Below, piece by piece: positions 43,010 to 50,101 of a DNA stretch of 59,248 nucleotides. The translations under genes and the position numbers were made by a program. The notes below the pieces were generated by a model. It searched no databases. It was given only the letters and a program-made list of their open reading frames with translations, and was not told where the DNA came from. The DNA is from an uncultured Myxococcales bacterium (GTDB lineage: Bacteria; Myxococcota_A; Polyangia; DRWM01; JAAZOP01), in contig CAZMRP010000003.1 of the NCBI GenBank assembly GCA_964568275.1, positions 1-59,248 of the forward strand. Direction: 5' to 3'. Position 1 is the stretch's first letter, and the number at the start of each line of letters is the position of its first letter.

Positions 43010-43552
43010 CTACGGCAGCAGCGAGCAGCCGGCGAGAATGACGCCGCTCCCGCCGCCCTCGAGCGTCCCCTCCTGGAAGCGGCTGATCGTCTTGCCCAAC
43101 TGCTCGTACACGAACTCGCCGATCTGGATGCGACCGACGAACGCTGGGTACGCCTGCAGACGGGCGATCACCGGGTCGCCGATGCGTCCGTACTCGGCGT
43201 CCGCCGCGGTCGTCATCTCCAGGGGTCCGAACTGGCTGATGCCGGCCACCTCGTACCACGAGCCGTTGCGGCGAAGGAGGGTCCGCACCGCGAAGCGCGT
43301 GTCGCCCGCGATCATTACGGCGCCGGTGGTGCAGACGGCGTCCGGCTTCTCGCAGGCCGGGCAGGTCGGGCACGCCGGGCACGGCAGCGGTTCCTCGCAC
43401 GCAGGGCACGAGATGGCCAGGCAGTCGGCACAGGGCGGGCACTCGGTCACGGGCGCGTCTGCGGGCATCGTCACGTCCTCGGCGGCCGGCGGTGCCTTCG
43501 ACGGCGAACACGCGAACAGGACCACGGCCAGCAGGATGAAGATCATCCTCAC
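43010..43552 (-). CDS. Cys-rich lipoprotein
   Basis: Signal peptide plus lipobox MRMIFILLAVVLFAC, then CPPCADCLAISCPACEEPLPCPACPTCPACEKPDAVC. AAAGGAGA RBS 7 nt before GTG 43552. Confidence 0.7.
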   Translation of the reverse strand: MRMIFILLAVVLFACSPSKAPPAAEDVTMPADAPVTECPPCADCLAISCPACEEPLPCPACPTCPACEKPDAVCTTGAVMIAGDTRFAVRTLLRRNGSWYEVAGISQFGPLEMTTAADAEYGRIGDPVIARLQAYPAFVGRIQIGEFVYEQLGKTISRFQEGTLEGGGSGVILAGCSLLP

Positions 43553-43611
43553 GTCGATGTCTCCTTTCTCGGGCCATCCCCTCGGCGGGGCGCCCATGCA
43601 GCTCTCCAGGC

Positions 43612-44985
43612 TCAGGCCGGCAGGGCTGCGAGCGACTCGGTGGGCGGGCTCGACGCGGAGCTCGCCGCCTCCACGGTGGCGGCGTCGGGATCCTCGACCG
43701 TGCCGTGTTCGACGTCGGAGCCGCTCGCCGTGGCTTCCTCCACCGGGTCGTGTCCACGAATGGGCATGACGAGCATCCCGCGCGGACGGAGCTTCGTCCC
43801 GTCGGACACGACCTCGATGAACCGGACGGCGTCGAGCGGCGCGGAGTGCTGGAAGAGGCGCACCTCGTCGGTACGCACGGCGGCCAAGCAGCCCAGCACG
43901 TACCTGCCGCTCAGGTGGAGGTAGCCGGACGGGGAGTGGGCGACCTTCGCCGGGATCTCCCGCTGGGCCATGCCGCCGCCGTGGTCGGTGTACGCCACGA
44001 TGTGTAGCGCCCCCGTCGCGGGGTCCGCCTTGAACATGCACGCTGCGCCCTTCTCGTTGCTGACGCTGCTCACCGCCTTCGCTGCCGCGGCCAACTCATC
44101 GCGGTCGCAGGTCACCGACAGGTCGGGCTCGGCGGTCTCGCGCGGCAGGAAGCCCGCCCAGTGCGGCAGCGACGTCTCCGGTTCGGTGACGGCGACCTCG
44201 ACCCGCCGGTCGGCCGCCTCGAACACCAGACGGGCGAGCCACCTCTCCGGCGGCTTCTTCCCGTCCGTCTCGGCCGGTTGCGGGATGGCGGTCCGCACGA
44301 GCCGGACCGCGTCGAAGTCGGTGGCCAGCGCCTTGGTCGCGGGCTTCCAGTCGTCGCCGTGGATCTGGAACACGAACTTCGAGTCCGTGCAGCCGTGGGC
44401 GTCCCCGTCCACGAACAGCCGATGGCCGTCGGTGGCGACGACGGCGGGGACGGCGAGCCCGCCTTCCGCCTCGGCGAGGCACACGAACGGTCCCTTGGCG
44501 ATGGACCGGTATTCGCCGGGGTTCGCGAACACCATCGCCTCGGCGATCCGCTCGGCCAAGTCCCTGCTGTCCACGACGGCAAGCACGTCGCCGGCGGTCG
44601 GGCCCGTCTCCTCGATCATCGGCTCGCACGCCGGGATGGAGATCCGCTGGCCGCTGCCGGCGACCACGAGAGCGCGTTCGGCCCGTTCGATCTGAATGGC
44701 CGCGTGCCCGTACTTCTTGCCGCCGGCCATGGGGCGCAGGGCCTTGGCCAGCCGGGACGTTCCATCGGCGTCCAGCACGGCGACCCACGTCGCCCCCGGC
44801 TCGCACGGGATGCGGAACTCGACCTTCGCCTTTTCGGTCCTGGTCGTCGTGGCCAGAACCAGGGCGTCGGGCAGCCGGGCGATGCGCGTCCGACCCGGGT
44901 GGTGGCGCAGCGGGTCCTTCTCCAGGCACCAGGTGCAGGCGGCGATGGCGGCGGCGAACGGTTTGCAGGGGATGGTCGTCGTCAA
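43612..44985 (-). CDS. DNA polymerase III beta sliding-clamp homologue with an acidic C-terminal tail
   Basis: Clamp-type blocks VVATDGHRLF and GMLVMPIR, with a three-domain length. AGGAGG sits 6 nt before TTG 44985. Confidence 0.72.
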   Translation of the reverse strand: MTTTIPCKPFAAAIAACTWCLEKDPLRHHPGRTRIARLPDALVLATTTRTEKAKVEFRIPCEPGATWVAVLDADGTSRLAKALRPMAGGKKYGHAAIQIERAERALVVAGSGQRISIPACEPMIEETGPTAGDVLAVVDSRDLAERIAEAMVFANPGEYRSIAKGPFVCLAEAEGGLAVPAVVATDGHRLFVDGDAHGCTDSKFVFQIHGDDWKPATKALATDFDAVRLVRTAIPQPAETDGKKPPERWLARLVFEAADRRVEVAVTEPETSLPHWAGFLPRETAEPDLSVTCDRDELAAAAKAVSSVSNEKGAACMFKADPATGALHIVAYTDHGGGMAQREIPAKVAHSPSGYLHLSGRYVLGCLAAVRTDEVRLFQHSAPLDAVRFIEVVSDGTKLRPRGMLVMPIRGHDPVEEATASGSDVEHGTVEDPDAATVEAASSASSPPTESLAALPA

Positions 44986-44998
44986 CGTGGACCTCCTG

Positions 44999-45196
44999 CT
45001 ACATGAGGCCGAGCGAGGCGTAGACATCGGCGCGAAGTCCGCGATCCCGCTCGACCTGCTCCGCACGCCAGCAGTCGCACATCGTGCGCGGGTCGGGCAG
45101 GACGGGCGCCCCGAAGTCGAAGTCGAGGTCGCTCGTGCGGCCGATGATCGGGCAGGGCTTCACCTTCGGCTCGTTGGCCGAATGCTCGTTCTTCAT
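44999..45196 (-). CDS. hypothetical small protein (65 aa)
   Basis: AAGGAGGAGGAG RBS directly upstream of the ATG. The upstream Arg-rich part of the ORF was rejected. Confidence 0.6.
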   Translation of the reverse strand: MKNEHSANEPKVKPCPIIGRTSDLDFDFGAPVLPDPRTMCDCWRAEQVERDRGLRADVYASLGLM

Positions 45197-45222
45197 CTTC
45201 TCCTCCTCCTTGGCGTGGATGG

Positions 45223-45423
45223 TCAGGAACGGCCCTCGCCCAGAACTCGCCGCCGGGCATCGCGCTCGGCGGGGAAGGCGAGGTCGTCGGCCAGGACCAG
45301 ACAGGTGGTCCCGGTGCGCGGGATCTCGACCACGACGAACGGCCGCTCGGCGCCGACAACGATGCCGGGCTCGGCACAGAGCGAGCCGCACGTCACCTCG
45401 ACGGGCGTGCCCGCCTGGATCAT
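45223..45423 (-). CDS. hypothetical small protein (66 aa)
   Basis: AGGAGG RBS 5 nt before ATG 45423. Beta-rich composition. Confidence 0.6.
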   Translation of the reverse strand: MIQAGTPVEVTCGSLCAEPGIVVGAERPFVVVEIPRTGTTCLVLADDLAFPAERDARRRVLGEGRS

Positions 45424-45451
45424 CTCCACCTCCTGTTCTTGGGTTTGGCGT

Positions 45452-46423
45452 CTACGCCGTCGGCGCTTGCGGCGGCAGCCCGAGGCGTTCGCGGACTTCG
45501 CCTTCCAGAAGGCGCCGCAGTTTGTCCGAGTCGCGCAGCGCGACGGCGAGCTTCTTGTGATCTCTGGCGATGGCCACCGGCAGGTCGGCCGACCCGTCCA
45601 GCAAGCCGTGCGCGATGATCTGGTCGGCCAGCTCGGCCAGACGGTCGATGCCGGTCGCGTGGCGGATCACGAACTCCGCCTCCGCGAACGGGCGGGCGAC
45701 CTTGTTCTTGACGACGCGGACGCGGGTGAGATGCCCCACGACACGCTCACCGTCCCGTTCGTCCTGGACCTTGCGAACGTCCAGCCGGACGGACGAGTAG
45801 AACTTGAGCGCGTTGGCGCACGGCACGCTCGCCCCGCCCTCGACCTCGGTCACGAACAGCAGGCAGGTGCCGGTGCGGTGGGCGACCGCGGTCAGCTTGC
45901 GTAGCGCCTGGCTCATGAGGCGCGCCTGGATGCCCGAGCACTCTTTGCCGGCTTCGCCCTCGATCTGGGCCCGGGGCGTGAGGGCGTTGACGGAGTCCAC
46001 GACGATGAGATCCACGCCGCCCGAGCGGCAGAGGATCTCGACGATCTCGAGCGCCTGCTCGCCGGTGTCCGGCTGCGAGAGATAGAGCTTGTCCACCTGG
46101 ACCCCGAGGGCGGCGGCGTACCGGATGTCCAGCGTGTGGTCGGCGTCCACGAACGCGGCGATGCCGCCGGCAGCCTGGGCCGAGGCGACGGCGTGGAGGG
46201 CCAGCGTCGTCTTCCCCGCGCCCCTCGATGCGAACAGCTCGACGACCCTGCCCCGAGGGTAGCCACCGACGCCAACGGCGGCGTCGAGGCCGAGGGAACC
46301 GGTGGAAACGGCCGCGACGGGCTCGCCGGGGCTGCCGTCGCCGAGCGACAGGATGCTCCCGACTCCGAACTGGCGATGGATGGCGCGGACGGCGGTCTCC
46401 ACCGCCGCGATCTTCTCGTGCAT
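45452..46423 (-). CDS. RecA-family recombinase paralogue (divergent P-loop, shortened L2 region)
   Basis: Colinear with bacterial RecA by eye (STGSLGLDAAVGVGGYPRGRVVE..., LSQPDTGEQALEI, DLIVVDSVNAL, GIQARLMSQALRKL, ALKFYSSVRLDVR, RVRVVKNKVARPF). AGGAGG sits 5 nt before ATG 46423. Confidence 0.85.
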   Translation of the reverse strand: MHEKIAAVETAVRAIHRQFGVGSILSLGDGSPGEPVAAVSTGSLGLDAAVGVGGYPRGRVVELFASRGAGKTTLALHAVASAQAAGGIAAFVDADHTLDIRYAAALGVQVDKLYLSQPDTGEQALEIVEILCRSGGVDLIVVDSVNALTPRAQIEGEAGKECSGIQARLMSQALRKLTAVAHRTGTCLLFVTEVEGGASVPCANALKFYSSVRLDVRKVQDERDGERVVGHLTRVRVVKNKVARPFAEAEFVIRHATGIDRLAELADQIIAHGLLDGSADLPVAIARDHKKLAVALRDSDKLRRLLEGEVRERLGLPPQAPTA

Positions 46424-46432
46424 CGGCACCTC

Positions 46433-46768
46433 CTACGTGTGCACGGTCCAGCCGACGGTCGGCTGGAGGCAGACGGCCAGGGTCGGCGCGCTCCCGCTGC
46501 CGCCGCCGTCGTGGGGGCCGTGGAAGATGAGCGCGCCGCTGAACCAGTCTTCGTACGCTCCGCCCCTTGCGCGCACAGCCATCAGGAAGCCGAAGCTGTG
46601 CGGCGCGAAGTCGTGGTAGAGCCGACAGCAGGTCTTTCCGCGGTCACCGTCCTCGGCGTACTCGTCCAGGAACAGCAGTTGCTTCTCCAGGTTGTCGCGC
46701 AGGCCCACGCCGTCGGCGAAGGTCCTCGCGGCCGCGAGTCGATCCTCGACGCCGCTGGTGTCGAGCAT
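46433..46768 (-). CDS. hypothetical protein (111 aa)
   Basis: Protein-like C-terminal part of a longer ORF (LLFLDEYAEDGDRGKTCCRLYHDFAPHSFGFLMAV...). Its stop overlaps the recA-like RBS. Confidence 0.55.
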   Translation of the reverse strand: MLDTSGVEDRLAAARTFADGVGLRDNLEKQLLFLDEYAEDGDRGKTCCRLYHDFAPHSFGFLMAVRARGGAYEDWFSGALIFHGPHDGGGSGSAPTLAVCLQPTVGWTVHT

Positions 46769-46794
46769 GTCCAATTCCTCGGCGTGGCGGTCGG

Positions 46795-47220
46795 TCAGCG
46801 CCCGGCCTGCGCGGACTCGGTGACGCCCTTCAGGAACAGGCGCAGCGTCTCGAACAGGCGTCGCACCTGCTCCTCGTCCTTGCACAGCACCTCGAACCGG
46901 GCGCCGAGGTCGAGGTCGAGTTCCTTCTCGATGCCGTGCTCGCCGCTCTCGTACGCCTCGCCCGAGACCTCGAAGGTCACCCGGATCCCCGGTTCCTCGC
47001 GGATGCGGGCCGGCTTCTCGAAGTCTGCGCCGCAGTCCGAGCACTCGAACTCCCCTTCGTCCGAGAGGTCGAGAGAGTCGCGGTCCACCTCGTCCTCGCC
47101 GTCGAACGCCCAGCTCCCGTTGAGCTCCCGGAAACGGCCGCTGCGGGTCGCGTCCATCGTGACGTGCTGGATGACCTCGGTCGACGCACAGTCGGGGCAT
47201 CCCCACTTCGGCTTCTCCAT
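46795..47220 (-). CDS. hypothetical zinc-ribbon protein (141 aa)
   Basis: AGGAGGAAGAAG RBS. CPDC...CSDC pairs and an acidic middle. Confidence 0.65.
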   Translation of the reverse strand: MEKPKWGCPDCASTEVIQHVTMDATRSGRFRELNGSWAFDGEDEVDRDSLDLSDEGEFECSDCGADFEKPARIREEPGIRVTFEVSGEAYESGEHGIEKELDLDLGARFEVLCKDEEQVRRLFETLRLFLKGVTESAQAGR

Positions 47221-47246
47221 CTTCTTCCTCCTGGTCTTGGGGTGGG

Positions 47247-47459
47247 TCAGGCGCGGTCCCAGGTGTCGGTCTGCGGCGTTGCGTTCGGGCGCCGGACTGC
47301 GATGTCCACCTGGTAGATGTCGTCGAGGCCGACGGGGTCCCGCGGACCATCGGCCAGCGACCAGTCGATGCTCGACGCGGGAACCTCGATCCTCATGATG
47401 CCGTAGTCGTCGGTGCCGGCGCCCCGGATGCGGAGCGTGACGACGATCGCCGCCTCCAT
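47247..47459 (-). CDS. hypothetical small protein (70 aa)
   Basis: TGATG stop/start overlap with the upstream gene. Confidence 0.45.
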   Translation of the reverse strand: MEAAIVVTLRIRGAGTDDYGIMRIEVPASSIDWSLADGPRDPVGLDDIYQVDIAVRRPNATPQTDTWDRA

Positions 47460-48106
47460 CACGGCTCCTCCGGCGGCCCTTCGAGCAGGCAGTCCATGCC
47501 GAGCACGTCGGTCGCGAAGTCGGCCACGTCATCGAGCATGTTCTCGAGTCCGTCGAGCGCGTCGGCGGCCGACTTCCAGTCCAGGCCGCCGGAGTCGACG
47601 AGCGTGCCGTCGCGGATGGCCCGCACGATCGCGAGCAGCCAGCGCCGCTGCTCGCGGAACAGGCCCGGGTCCATCCCCTTGAGGATCTCGTCGGCCGACT
47701 TCCATCGGCGGCCGCGGGGAAGCCCGTCGGCGATCGCCGTCCTCGCCGCGGCGAGCACGTCGTTGAGCTCGTGCACCTGGTGCATCTGGTCGGCGTCGGG
47801 AACGCCGTCCTCGCCGACCTCGACGACCGGCAGACCGCCGCCGGGGAGGCAATCGACGTGGACGAGGCGGCGGCCGTCGCAGGCGTACCGCCCGTCGCAG
47901 TACTCGTACCCTCCGCCGTGCGAGGCGTGGAACGGGATCCCCTTCGCCGCCAAGTCCCGCATCTCGGAATCGCCGGCGTAGTTCATCTCGGCGGCCTCCA
48001 TGTGGAGGCCATCGTGCCGGGTCTCCACGACGTGGAACCCGATCTCCTCGAGGACACCCTGGTGCTCGGGACGGCAGCAGAGCGTCATCCCGCAGCGATC
48101 ACCCAC
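47459..48106 (-). CDS. hypothetical protein (215 aa)
   Basis: Protein-like, acidic, Cys/His-rich N-half. It overlaps the upstream gene by 8 nt. Confidence 0.6.
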   Translation of the reverse strand: MGDRCGMTLCCRPEHQGVLEEIGFHVVETRHDGLHMEAAEMNYAGDSEMRDLAAKGIPFHASHGGGYEYCDGRYACDGRRLVHVDCLPGGGLPVVEVGEDGVPDADQMHQVHELNDVLAAARTAIADGLPRGRRWKSADEILKGMDPGLFREQRRWLLAIVRAIRDGTLVDSGGLDWKSAADALDGLENMLDDVADFATDVLGMDCLLEGPPEEP

Positions 48107-48560
48107 GGGTCATCTCCTCCCGCGGCTTGCCGATTGGATCGCGGCGCGCGTGGCGGGCGACCTTGACCGTCATGCGGTCGGGCGCCATCTCGATCACCAT
48201 CTCGTCCATCGTCTCGTCGAAGACCGCGGCGCGGAAGCCCTCTTCGAGCGGGAGGGGCTCGACGAAGTCGTCGCCGCCCACCAGGGCCCGGGACTCCTCC
48301 CACCACGCCGCGTCCCTGTGCGGGTCGCAGCCGGCGGCGTACGCGACCCGGGCCTGGCGGCTCTTTCCGCTCCCGACCATGTCCATCGGGAGCCCGTTGC
48401 TCATGACGTAGACGCCTTGGTCGTGGACCAGGTGGAGGGCCGGGCCCGGCTCCCGCTTCTCCTCCTCCTCCTCCACGAACGTCCTTCGGTACTTCGTGCA
48501 TCCCAGCGCGTGGCGCGCCAGGGGCCGGATCTCGTCCAGCCGGAACCGGAGCGTTCCCAC
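48099..48560 (-). CDS. hypothetical protein (153 aa)
   Basis: Balanced composition (LHLVHDQGVYVMSNGLPMD...), co-directional and coupled to the next gene. Confidence 0.6.
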   Translation of the reverse strand: MGTLRFRLDEIRPLARHALGCTKYRRTFVEEEEEKREPGPALHLVHDQGVYVMSNGLPMDMVGSGKSRQARVAYAAGCDPHRDAAWWEESRALVGGDDFVEPLPLEEGFRAAVFDETMDEMVIEMAPDRMTVKVARHARRDPIGKPREEMTRG

Positions 48561-48579
48561 CCTTCACATCTCCTTTCGT

Positions 48580-48864
48580 CTATGCCTGCAGGTCGTCGAG
48601 GGCGCGAACGGTCGTCGGCCGGCCGTCGGGGTCGGCGATGCGCCCGGCCTCGTCATCGGTGATGAGCACCGCGTGCGGCATGACGACGAGCATGCCGTCG
48701 TCGTCGGAGAAGACGCTGCAGACGGCCGCGCGCTCCCGGCCGTCGAGCATCGAGCGGACGAGGCAGAGGCGGCCTTCGTCCTGCGCCGCCTGGACCTCCT
48801 CGAACGCGCGCCTCTCCTCCTCGGTGAGCGCGCTTCCCTTCGTCTCCAAGGTCACCTCCTGCAT
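48580..48864 (-). CDS. hypothetical protein (94 aa)
   Basis: The protein-like tail of a longer ORF starts at ATG 48864, 13 nt inside the upstream gene. Confidence 0.5.
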   Translation of the reverse strand: MQEVTLETKGSALTEEERRAFEEVQAAQDEGRLCLVRSMLDGRERAAVCSVFSDDDGMLVVMPHAVLITDDEAGRIADPDGRPTTVRALDDLQA

Positions 48865-49448
48865 TTGCTGCACACGGCGTCGCCGGGCACGAGGTCTTCC
48901 CGGCCGCCGCAGCGGATGCAGCGACGAATCCCCGAGCGCGACCAGCCACACGACTCGCAGACGACATCGTCCGGAATGTCCGTCGCGTCGGCCAGCCCCT
49001 CCCCGCACTCGGGGCAGGAGTCGTCGTCGGGCGGCTCGACCTCGTCGATCTCCAGCGTGAGCTGCGTCCGGTACGTCTTCCGCGTCTCCGGGTCGCAGAA
49101 GAACTGCTCGCCCCAGGTGAACCCGTCCTGGTCGTACGCGGCCAGGAACCGGTCGACGAAGTCGGAGTAGAGGTCGTCGCGGTCGCCCCAGCGATGGAGG
49201 CGGTCGGCTACGTCCTTCGGCACGGTCGTCCCGGTTTCCGGCGGCTGCGCGCCGCCGAGATGCTGCTGGACGAGGGTCACGACGGCGGCCTCGGACTTCA
49301 CTTTCACGGCGTAGAAGCCGTCGGGCATGGGTGTCAGGTCGAACCACGCCGACGCGGCGACCAGCTTCGCGGCCAGCCGGGAAGCGGACTCCACCCCCTC
49401 GACGAGCGCCAGATGCGTTGTCGGTCCCTCGGGCCGCTTCCCGGTCAT
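48852..49448 (-). CDS. hypothetical protein with a C-terminal double zinc ribbon (198 aa)
   Basis: GGAGG RBS before ATG 49448. C-terminal CPECG...CESCG...CIRCG...CSKC. Confidence 0.6.
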   Translation of the reverse strand: MTGKRPEGPTTHLALVEGVESASRLAAKLVAASAWFDLTPMPDGFYAVKVKSEAAVVTLVQQHLGGAQPPETGTTVPKDVADRLHRWGDRDDLYSDFVDRFLAAYDQDGFTWGEQFFCDPETRKTYRTQLTLEIDEVEPPDDDSCPECGEGLADATDIPDDVVCESCGWSRSGIRRCIRCGGREDLVPGDAVCSKCRR

Positions 49449-49615
49449 CGCGACCTCCGGCAGATGTACCGGATGTACTCGCCGGCGAGACCGTGCTCCT
49501 CGATGAAGTCGAGCGTCACGCGCAGGATCGTCGTCTCCGACAGGAGCCGCTCGACCGACAGGCGGTCCACGGCCTGCCGGATGTCCCTCTGCGGTTTGGG
49601 TTTGGCGTGCTTCAT
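49445..49615 (-). CDS. small ORF (56 aa), absent from the supplied ORF track
   Basis: Hand translation gives MKHAKPKPQRDIRQAVDRLSVERLLSETTILRVTLDFIEEHGLAGEYIRYICRRSR. It has ATGA overlaps with both neighbours. Confidence 0.45.
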   Translation of the reverse strand: MKHAKPKPQRDIRQAVDRLSVERLLSETTILRVTLDFIEEHGLAGEYIRYICRRSR

Positions 49616-50094
49616 CCGCCCAAGTCCTTCCCTGCCCGAAGGCGGTACTGCTCAAGAACATCCGCCGGGAGGTCGCGCACCAACTGGTCGAGGTCGAACA
49701 CGCCCGAGGGCGGCGTGAACTCGACTTCGGGCACGATGTGATCGGCGTCCTCGCCGTTGTCGTACATGCCCATGACGTCCTCGTCGGCATCGGCGGGGAG
49801 GAAGACGAGCTCGACGTCGTCGAGGCTCGTCCAGGTCTCTCCGTCGTTCAGGACGACCATCGACGGCAGGCCGCGCATGGTCTCCCCCACCGTGGTGGAG
49901 AGGTTCAGGCGCTCGCAGAGATCGTCGATCTCCCCGGGCGCCATCGGCTCGTGGCTCCCGGCGTCCGTGGCGACCTCGTCCAAGTCGGCGGAGTGCCGGC
50001 CGACGGTCTGCAGGAGGCGCAGGCCGGCCAGGACGTGCGCCATCTCGCGGGCGGAGACGCAGACCAGGGCGCTGCGTTTCGCCTTCTCGTCCAT
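49612..50094 (-). CDS. hypothetical acidic protein (160 aa)
   Basis: ATG 50094 lies just downstream of the comM-like stop. The protein is highly acidic and protein-like. Confidence 0.55.
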   Translation of the reverse strand: MDEKAKRSALVCVSAREMAHVLAGLRLLQTVGRHSADLDEVATDAGSHEPMAPGEIDDLCERLNLSTTVGETMRGLPSMVVLNDGETWTSLDDVELVFLPADADEDVMGMYDNGEDADHIVPEVEFTPPSGVFDLDQLVRDLPADVLEQYRLRAGKDLGG

Positions 50095-50101
50095 TCCCAC
50101 G

